64,000 bases of DNA from Trichoplax sp. H2 (lineage: Eukaryota), in NCBI GenBank assembly GCA_003344405.1, contig NOWV01000027.1, forward strand, positions 1 to 64,000, given 5' to 3'. Of this stretch, positions 30,793 through 44,800 are shown in pieces. The first letter of the stretch is position 1, and each line of letters begins with the position of its first letter. Under the pieces are notes generated by a model. That model made no database searches. It saw nothing but the letters and a program-made list of their open reading frames with translations, and had not been told where the DNA came from. The translations under genes were made by a program, and so were the position numbers.

Positions 30793-32165
30793 AGTTCAGT
30801 AATATTTTCCGGCAGTAAATTATGATCAATAAAATTAGCTTTTAAGGATATTCTGCTTTGTTTCCTCAACAGTGAACGACTTTTTATTTCTTCAGAAAAA
30901 GACGATGTAAAACAAGAATATGAATGAGTTTCTTACCCTTTTTCACATTACGAAGTAGTACAATAATGAAAACCATGCTAGTAATTACTAACAATCCTTG
31001 GGTCGATTGATGATATATATTTTAATGTTGATCATCTGTATCATGATCGGCAACGAATGTTTTAATTTCACTGTGTATATGTAGATCAATATTATACCTA
31101 TTTCAATTTTTGAGTTGGATTATGATCAATATTGTCCTATGCAGTAGTGTTAAATACGGTTTAGATCGAATATCAATCGTTACGGTGTTTTAAAGGGTAT
31201 GTGGAGCCATATCCCAGAAAGAGACGAATTACTTTAACATACTGTAAGAATTTTTACCTACACGCTAAAATTGGATCTCCCTTATCCTTTACGAATGGTG
31301 TTATGTCAAAGCTTGATCAATCCGATTAGTTATTGTTTATCGCTTTTAGTCATCAGTCACTTTGACTCCGGTAAAGCTATGCAACTTTATAATTATTATT
31401 GTATTATTCTAATGTTATACTATAATAATACAACTAGAGGCCTAGAGAAATTCTCTAGGGTACCTGGAGTACACCCCCAGCTAGCGCACAAGTACAATCT
31501 CAATGTTTACATAGTTATTGTTTTTATTGCATCATGAATTTATGACGCATTAAACATTACAGAATGAAATTCGTTTCGCAATTCAATTAGAGTGCAGTAT
31601 TGCACTGAGCTAACAAGCCTCTCCTCTACTGCAGTACTGGAGCTGACGAAATGCTTTAGTAGAACAATAATAATAATAATAAATTACAATGGTACAAAAA
31701 AACATCATATGTTGTAAGACAATACAGTTTAGTGATGAAAGATAGACGAAAATTTGAACTACTAGAAACTAGAAAGAGAGTGCACCCTCAATACGGTGGT
31801 TGATGGACTCGAATTTTGATCTCGATACTGTAGAGAATTTTGCGAAGTGAGGAGCGGTTCCATAGAGACGAGAATCGATGACAATGTCGTTATTTGACAA
31901 GAGTAGACCTAATTATGATATCATGAATGATACAAAAATATTGCACTAGTCATCTGCTCTAGCAATATATGGATCTGCTCAAAGTGGTGACACTGTATGT
32001 AAAATGGTGCTTATTGGAACCTTTATTACAATCATTTAATCCTATCCTTATAATAAGACTGAAAGCTTTAGTAAGCGTTGCAGATATCTAGCGATGTTTT
32101 CGTAAGCATATTTTAGTCCGAAATCAACTTACGATTAATTTCCAGAATAACTACCCAGTGGAAAA

Positions 32166-32477
32166 ATGCTGATCCAATTGTCCGCAATTAACAAGCTGGA
32201 AAGTATTTGTTTTAACTGCCGTGGTAGCAAGACGGTAGGCAGCGAAAAATACTATTCTGTACGTACTACGAAAGAGTCTCAAGTTCTTGAAACTTGTACC
32301 TCACGAATTCATAGAACAGTCAATGGCATATACGGCACAGCAACAAAGGGAGGGCCTATTTTACCATCTATGTCCGTCATGCAAGCAAATGCAACCAGGG
32401 AGGTCTCGTCTATGGGATATATCGTAGAGGATAGCGCTCGTAATAGTATAGTACTTGCGAAGTCATGTCATCACTAA
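32166..32477 (+). other. Unassigned 103-aa ORF or possible gene remnant
   Basis: Less AT-rich than its flanks and has a nearby acceptor-like TTTCCAG. No recognisable domain and no phase-consistent upstream exon found. Confidence 0.2.
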
Positions 32478-34577
32478 CAATTAAAAATGTATTCATATTA
32501 AATGGCTGTATGGTGCAAGCATAAAGCCTTATTAAGTACCTTAGCATCATGCTGCAATGTTAACTATATCAATAAAGGAGACTTATTAGACTGCTAGCGA
32601 TTTAAGTTTTCTATTCTAGGGTATGCTGATGAGCCAATAAACTACAACACATGTCGTATAATTAATACAACGTCATTATCATATTAAATATTGAATGAAA
32701 TCTATATACTATCCAAAATCAAGTTTCAAAAATACATTGGTTTCGTAATAGCTTCCTTTTTCTACCATTGCGACGATGACTGCAACATTGCATGGATTTA
32801 ATTTACTTTGCTTACGTACGATCTAATGTCTTAGATGTTTAATCTATGCAAAGATAGAGCAAGCTGGTAGTGCAAATAATACAGAATTACTAATTGTGGA
32901 AAAAATCGTATTCTGAATGGTCGATTATAGCGTTCATAAATTGACTATTTATAATAATATTCTTTCAGCCTATTAAATCTTATATCCTAAGTCAATAGCC
33001 ATATTCTCCGTACAGTACTTCCTACTTTTACTACGTGTATATGGGCAAGTAACTTTTTATTTGTACTATGCACTATACACAGTGCAGTATAGGATTTTCA
33101 GCTATTCCGTTATCGCAGTTCCTTAATAAATTGCCATCTGCAATAGGCGAGTTTTGCTTATATTTTGTAGCTCATTAGCATATAGTACAAGTAAAGCAAA
33201 TTTTAATGATAAAGATCCACTCGACGGCGAAGTGGACATCTCTGGAATTATTTTTTGAGCCTTTTTGCTTGTACTGTATATCAATATTGAAGAAAAATAG
33301 TACTGTATAATTATTTATAAAGATTAAGATTTGCTCAACAGCAGGATTGGGGTGCCTTCAATTACTTTTGAACTATTTCTTATAACAGTGGGCGAGAATG
33401 CTGTAATCAATTTACCTAAATACAGGCACTTAACTATACCAGTAATAGAAATCGTAAATACGATATTTACTGCTGGAAAAATGTAAATCTTCGCAAAATG
33501 TAGTAATACTGGTCTAACTATTATAGATTTCTCAATCAATTAAATCACTAGAGGCTATTATGAATTTTCTCTAATTTTTTATATTGTATGTGTAGAATCA
33601 TGGACTACCAAATACTCCTCACTACTCTATCATATTTATTATACTGTATACTCACTACTTTAAGCCACCTTGTTTATAACATCTATGCTGTATAGGGTAA
33701 TTTAGAGTATAAATATTGATCTGTAGAAAATTTTGAATAAGGCGCCCTGAAGATATTGTGGCTTCTTGGTTGATCAGTATTACAGTATATAAATTTTTAA
33801 AGTTCTACTCACGGATCAAGATCAACTCTTATTTTTTAGGATTAATTATGATGCCTCACAGTAATGATAACAATTTACTATTAGGCAATATAACCATGAT
33901 TCTAACGCTGTAAAAGGGTAGCACGACAATTTAAACGATCTAAAGGCTCGGCCGACATTTCAAGAGTATTGCTAATGATTAAAATTGCATTGCTTTTACA
34001 CAAGTTTACTCCAACAGAGTTGTTAAAGCACATTCGAGTTGACCACTGTAAATGGTAGCGAAGATAACTCCTAAAGAAGTTTTATTTCAGATCGCATTTT
34101 TAGATGGTAGGAATTGATAATTATCAGGGATAATAAATACTTTATATCTCCATTCATTTTGCTGGTGATATCACGGTACAGTAATGAAGTTAAAATCATT
34201 TTTGCTTCGTACATATGATATTAAATGCGATTTTTGAGATGTTTTTATTCTATACCATTATTATGCTTATTATAATTGTTTGAGTCAATGACATAAGAAG
34301 GAATCGAATATTTTAAGGAGGAAATGGACAGTTAAGAAATTAAATTAGTTTCGGTTGACAGTCATAACGTCTTACCATATTTAATTTCGATCTTGATATA
34401 TTTAAAGTATGACTGATCTCATCATGACAGCCTAATTTTTACTTCTTCACGTATATATAGCCTAATGCAGGATACTAATGGTAAAATTTGTAAAAGATTA
34501 TATCGTAACGTTTCCATATTTAGATATTCACTACGATTGGATGTCTTCCATTTAACATGATGATAATGTCACTTAAT

Positions 34578-36077
34578 TTATGTGACCGTTTTCGCACGAG
34601 CCGTTCTCTTCTTGGCATAGATTCGTAAGAATAGCGCTAGAAAAACAATCGTCATTCCAATACCACCTTGAACAGTTACGGTATGGTGATAAATGAGGCA
34701 AGATAACAGGATACTTAATGCTTGCCTAACTGTCATGATAATAGTAAATATTAAAGCTCCATAGCATGAAATAGTATAAAAAATAAACAGTTGACCTATC
34801 GAGGCACAAGTGGATAGCATGATGACATGAACTGCGAACGATGAATTGGACATCATAAAAGCGATACAAGCGGGTAAAGTTCCTTGAGTAAGAAGTGATA
34901 CAAGAGTTAATGCGGTGGAAAATACGTTCACTCCAAACATCATTTGCACGGATGACATGTTATATTTTTTATATAATTGCTCTTGCCAATTAGAAGTAAA
35001 GCTATCGAAGCTAATGTATACCAACATTAATATTGTTCCCGATAATGTTGTTTTAGTGATTGGGTGATGATCAAGATGACGAGCGTCTAATAAGAAAGCG
35101 CTGACACCGATAGAAAGTAAAACAGATGTACAATATTCATAGTAAGGATAGCTCCTATTAGAAACAATTTTGCCCATAATCATCACTGGAATAACTTTGG
35201 AAGCTTTACAAATAACTTGCGATGGGAAACTAACAAATTTAAGAGCTTCATATTGGCACCAACTGCTCATAATATTGGAAAAGGACGCATAAGAATACTT
35301 ATACATCGGAGCGATATCATCTTTAGCTCGTGAATATTTAATAACAGACCAAGAGACGAGTAATGACATAGCGCGATTCATAAAAACTAAAAATTGTGAA
35401 TTCTTAAATTTACGACCGTCATAATCAATAGTCATCACCCGCTCTTGTAATATACCCCATAATAGGAAGGATATTTGAAGGCCTAAGGCACAAAAGAGCA
35501 AACGAAAACATTTATGATAATCTACGCCTAGAATAGCTGGTGGAGGCTTTGACACATTGCTTTCTCCTAGTTCCGTATTATCATCTGTATTGAGTCGATT
35601 TTTATCTGGTTGTCTTTCACGTATGCATGTAAATAGAAATTTTTGGATAATGCTACCTAGAAAGAGTCATGCAAATAATTGAAAGAGTTAATAATAGAGT
35701 ATATGAGTACCATAAGTGCTTGGTTCACAAAAGCACTGTACTACAGAATAGTCAATCAAGATGTGTAATGCTAACTTGAATTCTACTCTCACTAGTTGTA
35801 CAGTATCGAAACATTCAATAGGGTCTGTTTTACCTTGTTCGCCCTTATTTAGATATTCAGATGATTCCGTGAATCGAATAATCAATGCGCCGGGGATAAT
35901 AATAATTAAATAACAAATTAAATTAATAGATAAAGCTTCTAGCCAAAATTTATCATAGTCTCGATGTGGGAGAGTTGTAGCAGTTGTACTTTTATTACTG
36001 ACTGTTCCATTTCCTATTGGCAAAGCTTGTGCTGTAGCAAAGCCATAAATGAGTAGGGCTACCTTCATCGTTGACAT
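34578..36077 (-). CDS. SLC35B2: PAPS transporter 1 (UAA-family nucleotide-sugar transporter), 2 coding exons
   Basis: Exon 35834-36077 (MSTMKVALLIYGFATAQA.., signal-like) joins in phase 1 to 34578-35656 (..WGILQERVMT..SQFLVFMNR..SSWCQYEALKFVSFPSQVICKASKVIPVMIMG..FDSFTSNWQ..GQLFIFYTI). The start codon choice is inferred. Confidence 0.93.
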
Positions 36078-36459
36078 GCTGTATTTCAGCCTTATTAATT
36101 TAAAACTGAGACAGCAACGTTGTATTGTAGCAAGGACCAGGAAGTTCACGCCAGGCTAAATTATTTTTAATAATTAATCTCGACCTCAATTGGTACAGTT
36201 CGTAGACTAAGGTAGAACTATGGGGAGCAATTTCTGATGTTGATGTTGAGGAGATATTATTCAAGAATCAATACCTATGGAATAAATTGCCACCATAGTC
36301 CAATCCAATCATTTTTTCAAAGGTTTTGCAGTTTGTTGGCATGTAGTGGGTCTTAACGTGGATTTAGCGTCGATAGCAGTCTGTCCATATCATCAAAGTA
36401 AGTTTAAAAAGTAGCCGCCATTGGTGGCCACCGGCGTGGAAACTGACCTGACGTGTAGT

Positions 36460-36561
36460 ACGATACGGTACGGCACGGCACACATACAGTACAGTACAGT
36501 ACAGTACAAAGATTGCAGTTTTCACTCTTTCACTCTCTACACTGTACTGTACACTGTACAG
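36460..36561. repeat. TACAG/TACTG tract in the SLC35B2/PPP2R3C divergent promoter
   Basis: TACAGTACAGTACAGTACAGTACA at 36485-36508 and TACACTGTACTGTACACTGTACA at 36538-36560. A GC-rich GCCGCCATT (YY1-like) lies at ~36415. Confidence 0.8.
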
Positions 36562-36596
36562 GTCCTGCGCTCTTCCGTTACAAATTCAAAACATCG

Positions 36597-36954
36597 AACA
36601 GAATCAGATTGGGCTTTCCATTGATCTCAAGTCAACAAGTTCTACAGGAACGAAGATTAAACAGAATCAGATTGGGCTTTCCATTGATCTCAAGTCAACA
36701 AGTTCTACAGGAACGAAGATTAAACAGAATCAGATTGGGCTTTCCATCGATCTCAAGTCAACAAGTTCTACAGGAACGAAGATTAAACAGAATCAGATTG
36801 GGCTTTCCATCGATCTCAAGCCAACAAGTTCTACAGTAGATAATTTTATACATCCAGGAACGAAGATTAAACAGAGGCAGATTGGGCTTTCCATCGATCT
36901 CAAGCCAACAAGTTCTACAGTAGATAATTTTATACATCCAGGAACGAAGATTAA
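36597..36954. repeat. Minisatellite: 3 x 63-bp plus 2 x 84-bp units
   Basis: Units start at 36597, 36660, 36723, 36786 and 36870 (AACAGA.CAGATTGGGCTTTCCAT.GATCTCAAG.CAACAAGTTCTACAG). The last two units carry an extra 21 bp. Confidence 0.95.
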
Positions 36955-37138
36955 AACTACTTTATAGACTAGAGAAAACATGCTTATGCTCATTTAAACC
37001 CTGGCATTTGATGGATGACTAATTAACATCGAGATTGTAGAAGAATTCGTAGAATCCGTCAATCTGAACGGTAGCGATACAGCAGGGCTTTCCTGGGTAT
37101 TAATAAATAACCTTAATTAATTACTAAAACGGGCAAGA

Positions 37139-40100
37139 ATGGAGCAAGATGATCGTTTACGTTCGTGTGCGCTCAAGGTGCAAGGTATATCGTAATATTT
37201 ATTTATAATGCAATATGCCATAGTACATGTTGTTATGTGAGGAGGATTTATTCTAGCAATCATAGAGGAATACAGTAGCGATGATGATGAATATCATGAG
37301 AAATGGTTTTAAAGAACCGGATGGATCTGAGAAAACAATATTTCTTCGCTACTCGACGTTCGATAAATTATAATTAGTTAAGAATTAGTTTATAACATAC
37401 AGTACTGTAGTAGTGATGTTGACATGTATATACATGTATACATATATAGTATATACGGCATATTTGGTGATCTATAGTATCAAAAAGTACTGTAGTACTT
37501 CAAGCAGAAGGAGCTTGAGGGATGCATAGAGAAGTTGGAGGTATAAAATTAGCGATGATGACATCCACATCAAATGGACTGTATTCATCAAAATCAACTG
37601 TAATGAATACTGGGTATACACATACACTACAGTCTCACTAAACGACTATAAAATGTATAAATATACGAAAAATATAGATGTTGATAATGTATTAAATGTA
37701 TCATTTATTCAAGAAAGAATTTTGACTGACTTTCAGATTATGAGTTAAATAATATTGTTGGTAAAAGTGACGAGCAACTGCTAACTGAAGAGTATATTAA
37801 GTTAAAGGGTAAAGATAATGACAAAAATCATCACAATCCTAGTGTAATACCTCGGTTTTATTACAAGGTAAGCTACGAGCTATAGCAGATTGCCTTGATA
37901 TATAGAGTAAAAGTAGTCATGTAATGAATACTTTGCCGTAATATCTGTATTGAAGTTTTTGCATCGTAGTGATCAGGATGTGTAACGGCATGTTACTTTT
38001 ATTGCAGCTACCAGATGAAGATGATGTCGTTATGCAAAAACTGAGAGAAGAATCCAGGTATTTTGTCTTTGAAAATAGATATGCAAAATAAATGTATTAA
38101 ATGCTGATTTACCTGTAGATATTCATACTAAGCTAACTACCCTTAAGTACTAATCACTAATCTTGAACAACTCTGCTTGTTCGTACAAGTAATTATTAGT
38201 AAAATTTTGAAATTTGTATGACTCTTAATTTACAGTTTGTAATGTCTCGAATGCTATAGGGCTTTACTACTTCAGAGAAAAAGTCAGGAATTACTAGATA
38301 ATAATGAGTTGCAGGTAATATCTAATGCTGTAGTAACAAATACAAAATTTCGTATGATATTATTTTAATGAGATTGCGTTTCACTTATTCAATTACTGTC
38401 ATTCACATGCAGCTACACTCTTTTAACCTTTCTAGGGACTTTGGTATATCTTGGATAAATATCATACGTTATCTTCTAATGGTGAAGACAAGGTGATTAA
38501 TTGTGCTAATTGTTAACTTTATTTTTATTCAGTTTTACAGTAACTTTAAAAGCAATGGCATATAATCAAAAGAAATAAGCACTTATAAAATTGCTCTTGA
38601 TTACAACTTACCGCAGATGATTAGCTACGAGGACTTTATGAAGGTTTCGGCAGAATGTGGGCCTAAATGCCGGTAAACACCAATCAGCTATGATTTTTGC
38701 TCATGTCATAATACTATTATTCATACACACGTAAGAAAATCGTTTTACTTATGTAAGACAGTAAGTAAGGCGTGCTGAACATGTATCATGATGATGCACT
38801 GCAGTATTTTTATTATCCTATTTTATTGCATCTATGACAGCTTGTACCTAGAAGAATTCGATGATTTCTGTAAATAAATGAATTTATCTAATTTACTATT
38901 TTTAATTTTTGATAATCCAGCTCCTTTTTTAATGCTGTCACTTTTTCAAGATTGCTTCAGGGTGACCCCTATGGAAGGTTCACTTTGATTAGTTATTTAC
39001 TCTAGGTATATTGTAACATGCTGTATCTAACATTTTCATTTATGTGATGCATCCATTTTAGGATATCGATTATGCAATTTTTCAATTATACTATGAGAAA
39101 AGGTATTGATGTCCTGAATACATTTTCAAATTACTCGACAAATTAGCTGCAAAGTACTTATCTGCTTAAACTAGCATTCTCAGCTTCAGTATTTACCTTT
39201 TAGTGTGGATGCATCAAACTCGTATTGGCTTGAGTTTATACGACGTTGCTGGTCAGGGATACCTAAGAGAGCCGGTTAGAATTTAAAGTTTTCTGATGAG
39301 TTAATATTTGTAAATTCACTTCGGTGCTGTAAAAAATCATAACACCATGATCTTTGCCTACAGGACCTGGAAAACTATATATTGGAGTTAATTCCTACTC
39401 TACCTCAGGTAATTTATTTTAAGTTGGGATATCGCTGTCTATTTGAGTTTATTATCTGACATACTAGGGCATTAATATCTTGTATTTTTTATTAAATTTA
39501 AATGTAGTTGGGTGGTTTAGAAAAGTCGTTTTATTCCTTTTACGTATGTACAGCTGTGCGCAAGTTTTTTTTCTTTTTGGATTCTATGAAAACTGGTACG
39601 TTAGAACTCATACCGATCTTAATTTAATATTATTTCATTAATTTATCTAAAGTAATTCTAATTTCGGTTCACTTTTATGAACTTATTTCTATAGGTAAAG
39701 TCAAGATTGTAGACATACTTAATTGTACTTTTCTCGACGAACTACTAGAGGTACTGTAAGATAATAAATCTGCATTTCTTAATTTATGCTTTATTTATTG
39801 ACGTTGTTTGTATTAATAGCTACGAGATGAGGATTTACCACAGGAAAGACAAAATGCAAACTGGTTTTCAGCGACTTCAGCACTTAGAGTATATGGTAAG
39901 ATTGATATTTTGACATGGTAACATTCGACAGTTTGATAATTAGGTTTACCAATGCCGTTTTTAATGTTCTTCTTAGGCCAGTACCTTAATCTGGATACGG
40001 ATCATAACGGAATGCTAAGTAGAGATGAACTCTCGAAGTAATTAACGCTATTAAATATTAGCTTGTAAATAGTTTTATTTAATGAGAGTGTGCAACTGGT

Positions 40101-41273
40101 GCAATACCTTATATCGATCGACGATTAACTATTATTTCCTGTGATTAAATTAAATTTTAAGATATGGCACCGGAACGTTAACCAACGTTTTTCTAGATCG
40201 AGTCTTTCAAGAGTGTTTAACTTATGAAGGAGAAATGGTAATCGTCTATTTTCATTGATTTTCACGAATCACTTTCTTAGCATTAGAATAAAATAGGCTA
40301 GTCGCTCAGCATTATACTTTATTTTGTTACCGATACCTAAATTTCAATCTTACAGTATAGTCTTCTATAGATGTATATATAAGATAAGGAGTTACTAATT
40401 TGTAAAAATTTTTGGATATGAAGGATTACAAGGCATATCTTGATTTTGTATTAGCCATGGAAAATCGAGGCGAAGCTCAGGTACATATTTTACATATGTA
40501 ACAGCTCCACAGCTGATGTATGAATTACATGATAATCGTTGGTTTTATACAATACAGTAAAGCAAACATCTATTATTTTAGGCTCTTCAATACATATTTC
40601 GACTTCTGGATGTTCAGGTAATGTATATTGTGATACAAATTCGTATTGCCGCAACTTTACCTTCCTTAAGATTGCTGGTTTAGACGTCTTGGTATTTGGA
40701 TAGATACTTACACGTACAATCTGAATATTTTACAATGCAGGGTGTCGGGCATTTAAATATATTTGCATTAAATTATTTCTTCAAAGTAAGTGCTTAAAAT
40801 TGTTGGATGTAATTATCCGCTACAGCTTTGTAAGAGCACTTTGATAATTACAATTATTTAATAGAGTAATGTTTCTGTAGGCAATTCAAGAACAAGTAAG
40901 AAATTTAGGTCAGCAGCCTGTTCACTTTGAAGACGTCAAGGTCTTGCATTAAAAATTTGGAGAACAAAAAATTTTGATCATGTTTTCGTGCATTTATTGA
41001 CCAGAACTCTTTTGTAATCATGTAGGATGAAATATTTGATATGATAAAACCTGTCAACCCACTATGGATCACTTTACAAGATTTGAATGACAGGTAAATA
41101 CAATCGAAGTAATTTTGTTTTTATACGATTTATTTTAATACAAATAGATTATTTTCTAAATTTATTCTAATAGCGGTCAAGGCGAAGTCGTTACTAATAT
41201 TCTAATAGATCTCAATGGATTCTGGAATTATGAAAATCGAGAGATGCTAATGGCTGAATCAGCTACAGATTAA
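37139..41273 (+). CDS. PPP2R3C: PP2A regulatory subunit B'' gamma (EF-hand)
   Basis: Many short exons spell IPRFYYK, QKLREESR, ELLDNNELQ, DPYGRISIMQFFNY, HQTRIGLSLYDVAGQGYLRE, FYVCTAVRKFFFFLD, NWFSATSALRVYGQYLNLD and IDLNGFWNYENRE. TAA at 41271-41273. First exon (MEQDDRLRSCALKVQ) inferred from phase. Confidence 0.95.
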
Positions 41274-41894
41274 TTTGTCGCAAAAGACTACTAATAGTTA
41301 TTTTAATTTTATCATGTTGAATCATGTAATAATATTTGTATATATTTTAGCTAAATTTAGTATCGCCTCAGTATATTCAATGTGTAAATTAAAAATCATT
41401 CTTGCGGACGTTTTAGTCGCCTCATTATAAAAAAATAATAATAATAAAATAAGACTATATCACGCTACATGGCACCATTTAAATCTCAGTCAAACTAAAT
41501 ACATATTCTATATAGAAGTGTTTCATTAATAAAAATAACTTTTTCTATATGGCGCACTACGTTTTCATATAGATTTTTAGTTTAAGTATTATTGCATAAT
41601 AGTGCTGCAGTAAATTTATAAATCAGTGCGTTAAAAATAATAATATAGGAAAGGTTCACTTCAAATTATTTTGCATAGGATATTTTTACCTTTCAATGTG
41701 CAAAATTAAGTTAAGTGACATGAGATCACGCTTTCATCTCCATATGACATATGTTAAACTAACTTTCCAGTAGTAACCATCTACATTGGAATTCGATTAT
41801 TCGATGTATGAAACAGATTATCGGACTTATAGTATATACAGAAAATTATGATAACAACAATATCAATCTCTTCAGGATTTGATAGTATCACTTT

Positions 41895-44800
41895 TCAAGT
41901 TTCCTGGTAAATGTATTGGCCCGCGTTTAGTACCTTTGCTAATTTTAAGACGAGCGATTTCAAGTTTACGGCCTCAGTTAACTTTGCAGGCATTTTTGGG
42001 TAACAGATAGGATAATAATTGGTATTCTACGCAAAGAAATAAATAGTCCACTCGATCAATTTTTCTTAATATAAATCTTGAAATGTAGAATTATATACGA
42101 AAATATTGCTCATACTTACTTTAAATAGCTTATGTAGAGAAAGGGTACAATAACAGAAGATGTAACGGTAAATTAATAAACGGAGGAATTCGTCATGAAT
42201 AAATTGACGAAACGAAAAACCTAAAGAAAAGTTGGATAGTATGTAGCTGAGACGACATGTGTGACTGGAAACATTGATAAGGCGTAAGTATTTATACGAA
42301 TACACGGCTACCTAGGGTTGGGCAGTTTTCAATATTAGTAGCGATTGTTTGCCAAATGTCTTGAAATATGGTTTCACATTCTTCCCATGTATTATGCTGT
42401 ATCTCCGAAATTTCGCATATATAGCAAAAGCCCATCAACGGACAATGCAGAAACATCGTAAAGAAATTGCCGTAAAGATGGGATTTTTCTACAAAGGCAA
42501 ATATAAATGATTAAAATTTTAATTTTTCGGCATGATGAAGATTGTATTAATGTTCTCATGTACGATTATAAACCTAAATAACCTGAGAAAGTTGCTGGGA
42601 TAGTTACGGGAGACATTAGACAAACCAAAGGCTGCCCAAATAGTTGCGGAAAGTTCTATAAATTAGTAAAAGATGTATCAGCACATTAAATACATACTCA
42701 ATGATTGGACAATTCTAAGGGATTATCATAGTGTCCAAAATATGACGCGTTATATTTACACTAAAAGCTATTCCGTTATCGCTTTCAATGATGATAAACA
42801 TTGGTTTCCTGGAAAACGGTATTAGATCTTCGGGATGGAGACTAATTCACCATGAGAGAAGGGAATAGATTTATATTAGTATTTAAAATATTGTTGCTTG
42901 TTTAAGGCTATCAAAATTTGTGTGAGAGTAAAGATGCACTTACCAATTACTATCTCTGACTTGGCTGGCTCGCGTTTTAGATGGTGAATTTGTGGAATTA
43001 TTTTTATTAAGTGTTGACACCCCACCAGCATCATAATAACCTATATAATGGATAAATTATTGCCATGTTATGGATGTGTGCGATGAGACAGGACATAGCA
43101 AATGATGTAATAGTTTTTACCATCATGTTCAGATAAATTAACTTTAGGACTTCCATCTGCTGAGATATATATTAGGGCGATAGAATTTGCAGGTAATTCC
43201 TAATAAGAGATGCATGCATAATGAAATTTAGGAATTACAGCTTGTACATTTCTAAGTTGATAATGATGAAAAGAAGTCAATCTCTACGATTCTTGATTGA
43301 GAAAGAGAATATATACTTTAAATGTTGATGAAAGGAAAGCATATAGCTGGAAAAATGTGGGACGGTATAGGAGGCATTTGTGTGGATTTTTATTCTTCGT
43401 AGATTTATTATCTTCTGTGGTTTCATTCTATCAAAAGTAAATTTGTGATGTACAATGGTTTCTTAGATCAGTAATTACTAATAATAATGAAAATCAGTAA
43501 GAGTAAAACAAATTTCACATCGTTTGGATCTGATATATAACTGAAGAAACAACTCTCACATAATTGCATGTATGTGCATGTATAAGGTCAATTAAATTGT
43601 ACCTGTTTTTCTTCAGCTTTGGTATCATTTTTAGTCATTATTTCATTTGTAGTAGATTCGAACTTACTACTAACGTATTCTACAACTTGCAGCATTCGAT
43701 ACATATCAATAGTTAATTCGCTAAATTTTACCTAAAAGAAAGATAGTTTATTACCAATCTAACGCCGTACTGGATGTATTTAATGTTTAATGATGGATAT
43801 CATCAGTATTCAGCATACTTGTTTAGTACAGTTGCCGACAATGATTACGTCCGTTAGCTTTAATTTGGTGCCAAAACTTCCACTAGCTATTGGTATAGTC
43901 TGCATAATTAAAATATAATACTTGTAATAAGTTATATCTTTCTGTCGACAATACTTTAACGTAAACACACCTGCGATTTTAGTCGATTTTGAATCATTAA
44001 TGTGGCTCCATCATCTTTAATAATTTGAAATAGTCCATCCGCCTTGGCGTATTAAGTTAAAATTGTTAAGAAGTAATACAAATTCTACAAATAAATTTTA
44101 TAAGTAGGTGAAATGAACTTAATTGTAACGTACAGCTAAGAAACTATGAATCTCCTTTAGTACAATTTGCCATTCTCCTCCTTCTTTAACTTCATAGTGT
44201 TCAACATATTCATCTACACAGCGGCTTAATTCCTGTAAATAAGCATAACATTAGTTGAATAGTTTAATTTAATTGAGATTCAGTTAAAAAGGTAATAGCA
44301 TTTGATGTTGATAATTAATTATAATTGACCATCGTTTTCGAAATTTAATTGCACGGCAAAATATTGAAATGCTGCATTATGAATTAAATTATTATCAGGA
44401 AGGGAAGAGATTTAATTACCGTAACTAGATCAGATAAAGTATCAGTTTTTCTTAATAACAGACAAACCACAATGAATCTTGCATAGTATCGTAGCTTCTT
44501 AATCATGATGTCAGGTCTGTAAACATGAGATGAAAGTAGCTTTAGTTATTATTGTCGTTAGGCATATTTGTGTGTTTGAGCTATAAATATTCTAACCGGA
44601 TAATACTCGTATGCAGTTTTATATACAGAGAGATTTAACAGAATTATCATATATAAAAGTTTAAGTTATGTTGAACATCAACGCTATGGCTCTTGATACC
44701 ACTTGCACAATAGGTTGTAATAACTAATAGGTGTGAGTTACTGTACTAGTATACTTACTTCTCCTCCTTAACAGCTTTATTGTAATAAGCTCTACCATGG

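Noticed and set aside
36513..36993. Repetitive ORFs (RLNRIRLGFP..) and CRISPR-like appearance of the array
   Set aside because: Units are contiguous tandem copies without unique spacers. The frame stays open only because 63 is a multiple of 3. The context is eukaryotic with no cas genes.
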